DNA of 63,765 nucleotides, counting the filler, from Octopus bimaculoides (taxonomy: Eukaryota), in the NCBI RefSeq assembly GCF_001194135.2. It is 4 parts of 4 records of this genome, joined end to end, with 100 filler letters (N's around TTAATTAATTAA, not from the genome) between each part and the next. Parts side by side here need not be neighbours in the genome. Positions count along the whole stretch, not along the records: positions 1 to 20,719 come from NC_068984.1; 3 more parts are not named here. One strand, written 5' to 3'. Both the position numbers and the translations under genes were made by a program. The notes under the pieces were generated by a model. That model saw nothing but the letters and a program-made list of their open reading frames with translations, did no database searches and had not been told where the DNA came from. The first letter of the stretch is position 1, and every line of letters begins with the position of its first letter. Positions 1-13,361 of this stretch are shown here, one piece after another.

Positions 1-179
1 TATAAATACGTGAAGGTGAAAAAAAAAATTTTGGTTATCATCTTTTCATTTCTTTTTCTTTTCACATTATTTCCCCCTCCCCCAGTTCCATTCTCTAACA
101 TTTTCGTCAGGTGCTAAATTTACTAAATCAGAAAGACATATATATAACATTTGTGCCTGCAAAGACAAACGAACAAACA

Positions 180-471
180 TATATGGATAGAAACACACAC
201 ACACACACATGCATGCATGCATACATACATACATACATACATTCATACATACATACATACATGCATACATACAAATGTATCTAAATAAATTTTTGCATTA
301 ATTCATAGTGCATTTCATAATTACAAATTGTAACAAACAAGCACACGTACATATATACACACAAGCATATATACATACACTGATACAACCATACAAACAT
401 ACATATGTATATGTTTACATTCATTACATTTATACATGTATGTATGTATGTTTTTTTTGTGTGTATATATA

Positions 472-545
<74 letters not shown>

Positions 546-557
546 CATACACACACA

Positions 558-589
<32 letters not shown>

Positions 590-660
590 CATGCACACAC
601 ACATACACACAGATATATGTAAACATGCTAAACATGCATTCATATTCATATATCAAGTGA
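180..660. repeat. Compound (CA)n/(CATA)n/(TA)n microsatellite field
   Basis: Directly visible tandem CA, CATA and TA runs; these generate the YIYI/HTHT/MYVC pseudo-ORFs. Confidence 0.95.
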
Positions 661-822
661 AGGTGAAGGACTAAAGATCAGTGTATACTGAGTCTATGAA
701 AATGTAACACACACACATGTATATATTCATTGTATGTAGTTGGCACTTGTTTTTGAAACAGCAAAGTGTCTGTGTGTGTATGTTTGTGTAAAGTTATTGT
801 ATGCATTTATTTATGTGTGTTG

Positions 823-863
<41 letters not shown>

Positions 864-918
864 TGTGTATAATATAATGAATACAAAAGTCATACATGAG
901 CAATTTCAAGTTTCATAC

Positions 919-982
919 TTGGAAAGTGCAGTACTAGGATGTGCTTGTACAACATGAAACTTGAAGTAGCTCATGTAAACTC
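919..982 (-). other. Candidate 64-nt spliced exon of an unidentified host gene
   Basis: Minus strand reads ...ataactgcAG|gagtttac...ctttccaa|GTatga. One frame is open (GVYMSYFKFHVVQAHPSTALS) and phase-compatible with the candidate at 1296-1375. No protein family recognised. Confidence 0.3.
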
Positions 983-1062
983 CTGCAGTTATTAGATAAT
1001 AATTTACTCTCACTGAATTGAGCGTTTTATTTACTGATCCTATCACGTGAACAGAACATATA

Positions 1063-1106
<44 letters not shown>

Positions 1107-1295
1107 GATATACGTGTGTGTGTAAATATATATATATTTGTGTTTAACTAATATATAGAAGAGGCAAACACTACCATTCAATAAATAAATATGTGCTATA
1201 TCTTTGGGACAGAAACTGAATGACACAGTTTGTCTGGTGAAAAGGCAAGCATACTGACTACTTCACAAAGTGACACTATTATGTTTTGTTCTTAC

Positions 1296-1375
1296 CTAGT
1301 GATCTGTATGTCTTACTTAATGTGGATATACTGTAAGGAAGCCACAATACTGTGGCATTTGTTTTGAGAATGCAT
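1296..1375 (-). other. Candidate 80-nt spliced exon of an unidentified host gene
   Basis: Minus strand reads tttttttaactgtctctacaAG|atgc...tcactag|GTAAGA (strong donor). One frame is open (CILKTNATVLWLPYSISTLSKTYRSL). No homolog recognised. Confidence 0.35.
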
Positions 1376-1692
1376 CTTGTAGAGACAGTTAAAAAAATTC
1401 ATTTTGTATATCGTTGACATTTCATTATATAACTAGGATCTATTCTTAAGTTGGTTCCTAAGCGTTGTAGTAATACACAGGAAGATATCCCATCTCTCTC
1501 TTAGCAATCCAGAATAAAGAAGAAAAGAAAAAAAAACAGAATTGAAAAGAAGTAAAAACAAAAAAATAGCCATGAAAATTTAACCCACCTCCTGCCATCA
1601 ATTTTGCAATCTGACCTTTGTAACCTTGTAATGTCTCTATTATACATTACCCAAATAAAAAAATTATTACTGTTATCATTATCATTATTATT

Positions 1693-1836
1693 TTATATAT
1701 GCACAACAGGTTAAACTGTTGGAAAAGAAAAATTCCCAACATCAGACTACAATAAGTAACCTTAGATGCCAAGAACCTTCCTAAGTATCCTAGCTGTTGC
1801 TTATAACACTGTTTTCTGGAACTGCACTAAATGGAT
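1693..1836 (-). mobile_element. 3' end of R4/Dong-type (REL) non-LTR retrotransposon, subfamily X
   Basis: Minus-strand translation QFQKTVL*ATARILRKVLGI* is the typical REL-clade ORF terminus, followed by a short 3'UTR and a (TAA)-type tail. A second copy lies at 15740-15910. Confidence 0.75.
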
Positions 1837-1863
1837 CATCACCATCATTATTATTATTATTAT

Positions 1864-2360
1864 TGAGTGAGAGAGCAGTGCATGCCATCAAAGTGACACT
1901 GGATACACTAGACACACGCATCACAACCATATGTGCATGACATGGTGATCTCATATCAAGATAAAGAACGCATGACCTTGCAGGTTAGAATTTCCTTCAG
2001 GTTGAGTAGCTCATCCCTCTTGAAAGGTCCATGAATAAGGGTTGTTTGAGGATGTTGAACAAAACGCCCATGTTTCCAAAGGTGAATTATCCAAACCCCT
2101 AAGAACTCCTCTCAACACATGGCTATGATGCTCCCCCGCTATTTCTGCTCATGATCAGAGATGCACATATCGTCACCCACCAAGGGACATGCTCAACTGG
2201 TTAAGGTCAAACAACTGACAAGCAAATCTGTGGTATTGAGCAGAATATTTACTGTAGCCCATCTTTTATACCAAGACAAAACAATGTACATGATAACACT
2301 TCCACTTAGTTAAGATAGAAGCCATGAGAACCACTGCCCGGTACTCAATCAGGGCATTTA
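1864..2360 (-). mobile_element. ~550-bp non-coding (TAA)n-associated retroposon-like element, copy 1 (small internal deletion)
   Basis: Reverse-complement similar to 35026-35573; flanked on both sides by (TTA)n. Confidence 0.8.
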
Positions 2361-2673
2361 TTATCATTATTATTATTATTATTATTATCATTATTATTAT
2401 TATTATTATCATCATTAATTTATGTCCTATGTTTTTATTATATCGTTTGCTCTTTGAAAATGTATGTAGACCATTAAATTTTTTTGCTTTTGTTTTGTAT
2501 TTGTACTGCCCTTGTGGCAAATAGAGCCCCCCTCCTTTCCCCCAGTCTTCTTCCTTTAATATCACTGTCACTAATTTTTTTTTATTACTAGTATTATTAA
2601 TATTAGTAGTGTTAGTAGTTGCACAATTATTCTTACTTGTGAACAGGATATCTTATATAATCATATCCAAATA

Positions 2674-2704
<31 letters not shown>

Positions 2705-2830
2705 CAAAACAAAAAAAAAATTTAATTAATTATAATAATAATAATAATAAAATGACATTAATACTCAGTATCAGAGGATTAGAATAACAACAACAACAAC
2801 AACAACAAAAATAAATCAAATGTTTGTTTC

Positions 2831-3562
2831 NNNNNNNNNNNNNNNNNNNNNNNNNNNNNNNNNNNNNNNNNNNNNNNNNNNNNNNNNNNNNNNNNNNNNN
2901 NNNNNNNNNNNNNNNNNNNNNNNNNNNNNNNNNNNNNNNNNNNNNNNNNNNNNNNNNNNNNNNNNNNNNNNNNNNNNNNNNNNNNNNNNNNNNNNNNNNN
3001 NNNNNNNNNNNNNNNNNNNNNNNNNNNNNNNNNNNNNNNNNNNNNNNNNNNNNNNNNNNNNNNNNNNNNNNNNNNNNNNNNNNNNNNNNNNNNNNNNNNN
3101 NNNNNNNNNNNNNNNNNNNNNNNNNNNNNNNNNNNNNNNNNNNNNNNNNNNNNNNNNNNNNNNNNNNNNNNNNNNNNNNNNNNNNNNNNNNNNNNNNNNN
3201 NNNNNNNNNNNNNNNNNNNNNNNNNNNNNNNNNNNNNNNNNNNNNNNNNNNNNNNNNNNNNNNNNNNNNNNNNNNNNNNNNNNNNNNNNNNNNNNNNNNN
3301 NNNNNNNNNNNNNNNNNNNNNNNNNNNNNNNNNNNNNNNNNNNNNNNNNNNNNNNNNNNNNNNNNNNNNNNNNNNNNNNNNNNNNNNNNNNNNNNNNNNN
3401 NNNNNNNNNNNNNNNNNNNNNNNNNNNNNNNNNNNNNNNNNNNNNNNNNNNNNNNNNNNNNNNNNNNNNNNNNNNNNNNNNNNNNNNNNNNNNNNNNNNN
3501 NNNNNNNNNNNNNNNNNNNNNNNNNNNNNNNNNNNNNNNNNNNNNNNNNNNNNNNNNNNNNN
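2831..3562. other. Assembly gap (N run). Other gaps: 12068-12491, 17177-17760, 19764-20381, 20720-20819, 30027-30857, 44591-44744, 48511-48610, 55467-55566, 57225-57603
   Basis: N runs, mostly bordered by (TA)n, (CA)n or (GAA)n microsatellites. Confidence 0.99.
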
Positions 3563-3620
<58 letters not shown>

Positions 3621-4023
3621 GCACACACATACACACATATATGTATGTATGTATGTATGCACATGCACATGCATATATATATATACACACATTTATATAT
3701 GTATATGTATGTATGTATGTATGTATGTATATGATTAGTTAATTTTCACATACATTTGTATTTTTTTGTCTTGTGAGATTTCTAAATTGTTAACTTGTCT
3801 TTCTTAATCATCATTTTGACTAACAGCATAGTAGCTCTGAACATTTTAACATTCTCTTGTATGCCCATTTAGTACAAGTAGCTAACAAAACATATTGAAA
3901 TGTACTACATTCAACAAATGTATCCCTTAATTTCTATGTATGTATGTGTATATATATATATATATATACAAATGTTGAATGATGAGAATGAGTGCTCAAT
4001 ATCACACTGGCAGATAGATTTCT

Positions 4024-4344
4024 TTTATTTGTGTATTAAGGCTAGCATTGGTTCCATGTTATGAAAAATATCTTAATATCCTAACCATTTTTCAAGCTGA
4101 TCACATGGAGGGATGGTGCTTATTTCCATTTTGGATGAAAACGCAAAGTCTCATGTATTCACAGAAAGTCTCATAAAGAAAACAATGAATTAAGGGGCGG
4201 CAGATTCACAAGACTGTGTGTTTTCATCCAAAATGGATTTGAATGCCATCCGTCCATGTGATTGACTTGAAAAATTGTTAAGATATTAAGATATTTTTCA
4301 TAACATGAAACCAATAGTAAGTAGCCTTAATGCACAAATAAAGA
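4024..4344. mobile_element. Foldback/MITE-like element with ~130-bp imperfect inverted arms
   Basis: Left arm tttatttgtgtattaaggct...catgttatgaaaaatatcttaatatc...ccattttggatgaaaac matches the reverse complement of the right arm gttttcatccaaaatgg...gatattaagatatttttcataacatg...agccttaatgcacaaataaa. Spacer is about 45 bp. Confidence 0.8.
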
Positions 4345-4359
4345 AAAATATATATATAC

Positions 4360-4800
4360 ACGTGTGGTTAAGGAAGCTTACTACGTGAGTCCATGTTCAG
4401 TCCTACTGCATGTCACCTTGGGCAAATGTCTTGTACTATAGCCCCAAGTCAATCAAAACCTTGTGAATGAATTTAGTTGATGGAAACTAAAAGACACCCA
4501 TCGTGTATGTTTACATATATAAATGTGTGTGTGTGTGTGTGTGTTTTTGTATGTGTGTTTTTGTGTGTACTCCTTCTTGACGTCATGTGATGGTTGTAAA
4601 TGGGCAACATCATCATACAAATGATGTTGCACATTTCCAGTTTTCCATGAAAGACATGTTTAGTCATAGGAAATATTATGTCACTTGGAAAGAGATAAAG
4701 CTTGGCAACCTGAAGGATATCCATTCCCAACAAAATTCCATCTAACCCATGCTAGCATGGAAAAGGGGCCGTTAAATGATAATAATGATGATGATGATGA
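4360..4800 (+). mobile_element. tRNA-derived SINE family B (head + body + catgctagcatggaa-(GAT)n tail); an isolated tail copy lies at ~4870-4945
   Basis: Head gtgtggttaaggaagct...gttcagtcctactgc...caccttgggcaaatgtc is shared with 29520-29955, 55255-55410 and 58965-59125; ends in (GAT)n. Confidence 0.75.
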
Positions 4801-4827
4801 CGATGATGATGATACATATCTATCTAC

Positions 4828-4859
<32 letters not shown>

Positions 4860-5519
4860 ATGTGTGTGTCAGTCCTCAGTCAAATCGTCCAACCCATGCT
4901 AGCATGGAAAGCGGATGTTAAACGACGATGATGATGATGATGATATATATATATGCGTGTGTGTGTGTGTCAGTGAGCATACGTAAGTATACATATCTGT
5001 TAGTAAGCTATTTGTGTGTGTTAATAAGGAATTTTGTGTGTATGAGAATATGGGTGTATGCATATTTGTGTGTATGTAGGAGCACATGTACATCATTGAA
5101 TGCATGTCTAAGAAAAATCTTTACAAAAGGTTGTAGTTCTCAGCCTTACAATTAGACAATATCCAAGCGAGTTATCACTATTTGGTAGCAGTTATTGATA
5201 TAATACTAATAATAATAATTATCATCATTATTATTATTATTGTCCTGAACATTGTAGAAGCTACCATTTTGAAAAACATACACAAAAAAAAAAATGATCG
5301 AAAAAAAAAATAATAAAAAAAAGAAACTCAAATCAAATCAAATCAAAGAAGCTTCATCAGAGGTAGCATTGTGAAAAGACTTAATAAAGAGGTAGTATCA
5401 TAAGGAGCTTTCACAACAGTATTAATAATTATTGTAGTGAGAATCAACCAAACTCAGTCCAAATGTGATTCATAAGAAAAGTATGGAAAAGGAATCTAAC
5501 TATAATGTATGTCTGTGTA

Positions 5520-5612
5520 TGCTTTTTATGCATGTATGTATATGTTCATATGTGCATATATATAAATATGTATGTATAAATGTGTGTGTATATATATATA
5601 TGTGTATATAGA

Positions 5613-5663
<51 letters not shown>

Positions 5664-6045
5664 ATGTATATGTATATATGTAATATATACATATGTATAC
5701 ACATACAACCATACATACATAAATATATATATATATGTATGTATATGTTTATTATATACATGCACAAACACAATATATGTGCATATATAGTATATGTATA
5801 TATGATATACGTACACATAATATACAAAAATAATATATATGCATATATAGACATATCATTATGGTGTGTACACACATACACACATACATATATAATATAT
5901 ATATATATATATATGCATGTATATATTTGCATCTATGTGTGTGTGTGTGTGTGTGTGTATATGTTTGCATCTATGTATATATACATATATATATGTATGT
6001 ATATATGTATGTATATATATATATATGTATTTATATATATATATG

Positions 6046-6090
<45 letters not shown>
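5520..6090. repeat. Compound (TA)n/(TATG)n/(TG)n microsatellite field
   Basis: Directly visible. Confidence 0.95.
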
Positions 6091-6094
<4 letters not shown>

Positions 6095-7342
6095 GGCAGG
6101 TGGAAAGGTGAGTAGGTGCTGAGTAGGTTCATTTTTTTTTTAATAGGGGATGGATGGGCATGGAATGGGGCATCAGCTTTCATTGACAGCTGGTCAATAT
6201 AATAATCAATCAATCAATCAATCCATGAATTGGTCAATCAAATCAACCTATTAAATCGGTTTATGATAGTGGAGTGTGATTCCTATTGATACAGTAAGGT
6301 CAGTTCAGGGTGACAGTTGCCCGTCTACATTATTACGTCCATTTAGTGGATGTTCTTTTTTTGCTCATTTTTCAGATGTTGGTTTGTTTTATTTAGTTCA
6401 GTAATCTTGATTCTGTTTCATAAGATAGTTTGTCACATCTTTATATGTTTTATCACATTTCTCTTTTATTCTTTTATAGCTTCCCTCTATCCATTCATTC
6501 TTTTCACAATTTAATTATTTACATTTCTTGTTTTCCATTCTATTTTCATTTCCTCATGCATACTCACACACACACACACACACAGAGTTTCTTTCTCTCT
6601 CTCTCTCTCTCTCATGCTCTCACTCTCTCTCTCTCATGCTCTCACTCTCTCTCTCTCATGCTCTCACTCTCTCTACTTCTTCATCTCTCACTATCACTCT
6701 TGCTGGTGTTTTTTTCTGATACCTTCTTGGTGGTTGTGGTAGAATGAAATATTTTTATTTATTAACTTTTTCATTCCTTTCTGCCTTTCTTTCTTCCAAT
6801 TCAATTCTTCTGACTTTCTGGTTTATTCTACATCTTTCTTTCTTTCTTTCTTTCTTTCTCTTATATCTACATGCATATTTTTTTTTTCAATTTCCCCCAC
6901 AGCCTTTTTACTTTCCATGCAAGAAATTCTTTTCTTCTACTGTTACTTGTTTTCTTTCCGTCATCAATCCATTTATTCATTTATGCATAATTCATTTATT
7001 CATTGTCAAAAAACTCTTACCCTCATGCCAAAATAGAAATCTCCTTTTCATTCAGGCAATAGTTTTTTTTTTCTTTTTCAGAATGTGATCCATAAAAAAG
7101 TTAGAGAATTATTTGGATTAACTAAAAAAAGTTTTGTGCTGGTCAAATTTATAATTTAAGTGACCAGATTTAATTTTAGATTGGACAGATATGGTTTATT
7201 GTTAAAAAAAAAAAAGAAAAAAGAAAGAAAAGTAAAACAAAACAAAATGCAAAAACCCTCCAAGGAAAACCAGAAAATTATGTTTGCCTGGCATGTATAA
7301 TGTAAAGTAGAAAGAAGAGAGTAATGAAGAAGCAATAATATG

Positions 7343-7376
<34 letters not shown>

Positions 7377-7439
7377 TTTTAGGTTAGATTTTTTTTTAAT
7401 GTTAGCATTTTAGGATCTCACTACTGGGAAAAGTGCAAA

Positions 7440-7440
<1 letters not shown>

Positions 7441-7498
<58 letters not shown>

Positions 7499-7512
7499 TA
7501 TTATTATTATTA
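7441..7512. repeat. (TTA)n microsatellite
   Basis: Directly visible. Confidence 0.97.
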
Positions 7513-10500
7513 TCGTTAATTTTGGGTTTAATTTATACATTTTTTCTTTAGATATGTTTTAATTATATATTTTTGTCAGTTAATTTTCTTTTATTGTGAT
7601 TGTCGGACACACTAACTGTCATTCAGCCTGCCGGTTTATTCACATGTATGTGTTCCTTATGTATGTATGTATGTATGTATGTATGTATGTATGTATGTAT
7701 GTATGTGTGTGTGTGTGTGTTTGTATGTGTGTATGTATGTATGTATGTATGTATGTATGTATGTGTGTGTGTATGCATGTATGTATGTTGTATAGTCTGT
7801 AAATTCAGCTTAGGTAAATTCTAGCTCAAGATCCACCAATACAGAATTACTGACTCATATACATAATTTTAAGACAGTGCATTTATAGATAGATATATCG
7901 ACAGCTGGTACACACACACACACACGCATACACACACACACACACACACGCATACACACACACGTACATTCGTACGTATAAACATGCAAGCGTACTTATA
8001 TGCCTACATACGTGCGTACATACATACATGTATGCATACATTCATTCATAAGAACCACTCGGTGATCTAAAATTTATTTCGCTGGCTTTCACGCACACAA
8101 AACAACATTCTTCTGCAACAACAACAACAACAACAAGCACAAGGACAACCACAAATAACATAAGCAGCAGTAGCAATTATATAACAACGGCAATACATTA
8201 CCTCACAGTACAAAATTATTAATAAAATTCAACAATAATAACAGTAACAATAGAAGCAATAACATTTTTTTTTTGCATAGGTAAGATGTTTGAATTTTAA
8301 AGGAGGGAATTATGAAAGTCGTGGCGTTCATGCTTTATCCAGAGGCATTAGCGACAGAAAAGAAAAAAAAGCAACAATAAAACTACAAGGGAAATAAAAA
8401 AAGGAAAATTAACGAGCAAAAGCCAGCAACTCGCTTTCTCACTGATCTCCTGAATATACGGCTGTTAAGTTTTGAATTTCGTTTTGATTTATTTAGATTC
8501 ATTTCTTTCGTTTTGTTTTTATCAAGCTACATGGACTGCCCCGTTTTTGGTTTAAATTATCATACTTTCTTAAATCAACTTTATAAGCACTGGGCCAGCG
8601 CTTCCATATGGTTTCTGTGTATTGCATTAAGAAGTAGATGACTGAGAGAGAGACCGACCTTCCAGGTTACTTTTTTCCTTAAGGCAAAATAGCTGTCAGG
8701 ATTAAAAACTGACAGATCTCTTTGCTTTTCACTGCCAGCTGCAATGGGATGATCCTACTCTGCAATACCTGTTTGCAGCTAGAAGGACCGGCTATTGACC
8801 AGGAACACAACATTGCATCGATGACATGAAATGAGTCAACAACTTCGTCGATGCTTGTCTGATATATCCCTGTCATTCTCTTATCCATACTATCTCTTTG
8901 AGAGGAAATTGTAACATTTCATTCATTGTGGTGGAATAATTTAAAACAAGGCCGCGATGTGAACGCTTCTGTTATGGGTCCAGATCAGGTTAGAGGAGGA
9001 CTTGAACTCAACACAGTAAGCTATAGGCTAACAAAACTCACTAATTATACAATTCTCCAGCTGCTCACAGTTGTTATTAGCAAGAGTGGGTTCGAGTCTA
9101 CTCTTGGCGCTCTATTTATAGCTAGATAGAATATGCTAATTGATAGTTCAGTGTCTGTACGCTGGACACAGTACAATGTCGATAAAGGAGTACAGGAGTA
9201 TGTCATTTCGTTTAGTAGTCTGACATCTTATCCACTTGATCAGCAGCGACTCTGCAAACTTAAAGAAATAAAAGGCGGCGTAGGAGAATAAAAAATTAAA
9301 TATATATAAAAATGAGTTATGAATAACATCAAACTGATTTGTTTACGAGAACTTTGATATCTTTGAATACTAGAAAAGTTGTTAAAGAAGTGCTTCAGTA
9401 GTCGATATTTAATTTTTGTTCTCCAGCAATTACTCTGGTCGGTCTGTATCTGCTAAGTAAGAATAACGAATAATGGTGTCTTTTGAATTGGAAAGAAGCC
9501 CTAAGTTCTAAAGGAGTGTGCATAATAATTTTACGATATTCATGTCTGTCTCAAGGATATTGCTAAATAAAATTGATTTCAAAAGCTGACTGAAATCGGA
9601 TTGCAGTCTGAATATATTGAGAGTTTATCTTTTTTAATGCTACTCACACTAAAATAATTAAGAAGGTTAAATGATTCTACGAACAGCAGACCGTCGTGAA
9701 AACTGTGTTTAACTTGTGAGTCAGTGAAATAAGCGATTGAAAAATATAGGAATCTATGAGGATTGTCAATCAAAGTCTATCACACAGTGCTAATATTTAT
9801 GGTCTACTATTAAATGTTTCAAGAATTGTAGAATTAAGTGGCTTACATAGAAATAGAAAAGAGCTAGTGAAGTAGTTTGCAGCCCACAACCTATGAATAA
9901 ACACATGCAATATACTATTCTTTTTGGTCCATATACTACTGAACCTATACATTATCTAATTGCAAATGAAAGAAAAAGAAAAAGAGAGAAATGTAAAGCG
10001 ACATTAAAGCAAATAGAAATGATACTAAGGAATAACTAATAGAGTTGCGATGGAATGGAAATATTTATGAAAAATACTTATTTACTACATGACAGGAAAC
10101 TTTTTTGATTTATAAAATTTAACTTTGTGATGTGAATAAACATTCGGTGATGCTCCAGTATGACCAAAGCCTACTGGCTGGAACCAATAAAAAGGTGAAA
10201 GAGTAAATGACGTTCTGTTCTTCAGATCCTGTGTTGAAATAGATATTGTATTTTGGTTAATGTTGTTTAAAGTGCATTCATGATTTGGGAGTGCGTGCGA
10301 ATGTCAGTTTGTTTATTAATTATCAAAATAACAAACAAGAGTGTGTTAAAAATACAATAACATAGTCGTACAGTTATTTAGATTAAAAAGAACATTTAGA
10401 AGAACATCAACAAAATATTAAAAGAAGCAATTGTCCTTAATCAATTTATATTTCTTCTGATTAGACTTTCCGAGAATTTTTTGTTAGGAAAAGGAAGGAA

Positions 10501-12034
10501 TATGTAGTCCAACTGAATCGACTCCAAAATATTACCTGGGTCAATTTTATCAAAACAGTAAGAATACGAAGGTAAAATTCGGGCTTGAACCAAGAGAGAC
10601 GTAAATAATTGAATGGATTTAGTTTATTTTGTGTCTTACCCATCACTGCAGCGCACTTTTCAATAAAAAATTATCATGAAAATGAATAAAAGCTAATTAA
10701 AATAAAATATATTTGGAGAAACGCATTATGAAGCATTAAAAAAATATGAATTTAAAGCAAACAGTATCTTAGAGTTATCTCCCTTATAAAATAATTAGAG
10801 TTATTTCCCTTGAATTTATCTACAATTTTAATATTTTCGTACACTATCTAATGCATATTCTCGACTACAGCGAATTCGATCTCGGCATTGTAAACTTTTT
10901 AAATATTTTCTATTGCAACAATTCTATGTTAGCTAGGTAACTAACTATGAAATTGTTTTTTCCCCCCACTTTTTACTAATTTTCTTTTTATTTAAAAAGA
11001 ACAAAATACTTCCGTTGTCATGCAAGCGAGAGAAAGGAAGTTTCAGTGCCTTGCCTGAGCCAGAAAATTAGTGTTATTCATTCTGTACGAAGGATCAACT
11101 CAGTCCACTCCTTATCTATATAGCCATCATAACTTTTCTACATTTTTAAATAAGCGAAAGTTGTTTATAAATGTATTTAAAAATAATGGCTGATCTTCCT
11201 CCTGTGGCAATTTCGATCATCTATCTTCGAGTATTACCGAAACACAATTGTTATATTTTCGGGAACGTAGGAAATGGAAAATTGTGACATTCCTGTCTTT
11301 TCTAAAGACAGCAGTGAAGTTGCAGCAACTGAGATAAATCCAAACTCGTTACATCTTTCAGGGATTTTACTTCTTGTTTAACGGTTTTCTACACTCTCCG
11401 TATATTAGTGATTTTTTTGACAAGGCACAATGCAAATGTTTGTAGAAGAATGGTATGGCCGAATGCTTGATGTGTGATGAATTATTTATTTTATAGTAAC
11501 TTGGTAGGCTAAAAAAGGGAAAGAAAAAAAACATGAGCCCAAAGGTGATTTGAAATCTATGCAGAAAGCTCTAAGAATATATATTATAAGATATTTAGTT
11601 CGGTTCTCAATCATTACCATGAACTCACAATCTTAACGTTATATATGGTTGATTTATTGTATAGGCGAAAGGCATAGGATTTGTATAGGAAATATAAATA
11701 GGATTGTGACAGTTATAATATTTTTTAAAGGTACTATATTAACTACCTAAATAGAAAGAAAAGAAAAACGAAGACGTATATAGCAGTACGTTGAAATCGA
11801 ATGGTAGACAAGGGTTTTATGAAAGGTTAACTCTACTCTATAACAGCGGTCACCTAGATGGAAAAAAATAACTGTCTGATTAACAAATTGCAAGTACGGA
11901 CCAATGCATTAACAATGTAATAGTATAAACGAATGTTTTCTTACATAATTCAATTTATAGATGTGTTAAACGAAAACTTATGGGCTTCAAGGTTTATAAA
12001 ACGTTAAGAAAATGCTTGTAAAGCGGCATACTCA

Positions 12035-12067
<33 letters not shown>

Positions 12068-12852
12068 NNNNNNNNNNNNNNNNNNNNNNNNNNNNNNNNN
12101 NNNNNNNNNNNNNNNNNNNNNNNNNNNNNNNNNNNNNNNNNNNNNNNNNNNNNNNNNNNNNNNNNNNNNNNNNNNNNNNNNNNNNNNNNNNNNNNNNNNN
12201 NNNNNNNNNNNNNNNNNNNNNNNNNNNNNNNNNNNNNNNNNNNNNNNNNNNNNNNNNNNNNNNNNNNNNNNNNNNNNNNNNNNNNNNNNNNNNNNNNNNN
12301 NNNNNNNNNNNNNNNNNNNNNNNNNNNNNNNNNNNNNNNNNNNNNNNNNNNNNNNNNNNNNNNNNNNNNNNNNNNNNNNNNNNNNNNNNNNNNNNNNNNN
12401 NNNNNNNNNNNNNNNNNNNNNNNNNNNNNNNNNNNNNNNNNNNNNNNNNNNNNNNNNNNNNNNNNNNNNNNNNNNNNNNNNNNNNNNNNNNATATATATA
12501 TATATATACAGGCAAACACCCGCTTTGAGCCAGATCGATCACAACTACCACAACCAAATGACACCAGAATTAAAAAACAACAACAAAAACAGCACCAACA
12601 ACCCTTTCAAAACAAAACATCCATTGTTATAACACAACCAAAGCAAAAGTAACTATGATCATCATCACTACCGTCATCCCCAATACACAGAAACAACAAT
12701 TACGACAGCACAGTGGTAATAAATAGAATAGCCAATAATGTAATTACTCCAATGAATTTTAAATTATAAGATATTTAATAACGGTGACAGCTTCAATAAC
12801 GAGCAAACGAAAAGGCACACTCATTCATACACATATACACATATGTGTATTT

Positions 12853-12902
<50 letters not shown>

Positions 12903-13302
12903 CTGTGGATGTGCACGTGCATATGTGATTGTAAGATGTATAATTCTTATATTTAAACGCAAAGTTAAAAAAAAAAATTTGTGGGAAACTACAAATACAA
13001 GACTATAATTTACCTTATGAAATACAAATGAAAGCGAAGTCACAATCTGGTGTCTTAGTGCATATTTCTGTTCTAGTCAGTATTTTGTCAACACGCGAGG
13101 AATTTGAACTTATATAGGCAAGATGTTTATGTGGACGCATTATCATGTAGAATGCTGCTCTACATGTTTGCGCGATGCAAATAGTTCTGTGTTATTACCA
13201 CAATTCATTGAATCGTAATATAGGCTATAGAGAGAGCTAAGAAGGTGCTGATAAGGTCTCGAAAGTCTCCAAATCTAAATTTCATGTAAATGCATATATT
13301 TG

Positions 13303-13361
<59 letters not shown>

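Noticed and set aside
281-957. Long ORFs of YIYI/HTHT/CVCV/MYVC, poly-I/N/L/E/K or REKRER type here and throughout the ORF track
   Set aside because: They are translations of (TA)n, (CA)n, (TATG)n, (TAA)n, (GAA)n and (GA)n microsatellites, which lack stops in some frames.
2730-3738. 170-366 aa ORFs spanning N gaps (also ~12.0-12.6, 16.9-17.8, 19.6-20.5, 30.0-31.1, 44.3-44.9 and 57.1-57.6 kb)
   Set aside because: Their length comes from X codons in assembly gaps.
8641-9130. GC-richer block with ORFs 8679..8888 (-) and 8926..9129 (+); QLQWDDPTLQYLFAARRTGY faintly resembles an LTR integrase
   Set aside because: The similarity is too short and interrupted to assign, and no consistent splice sites were found.
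12024-12040. Perfect minus-strand donor AG|GTGAGT
   Set aside because: The upstream 'exon' sequence is pure (TA)n leading into a gap.
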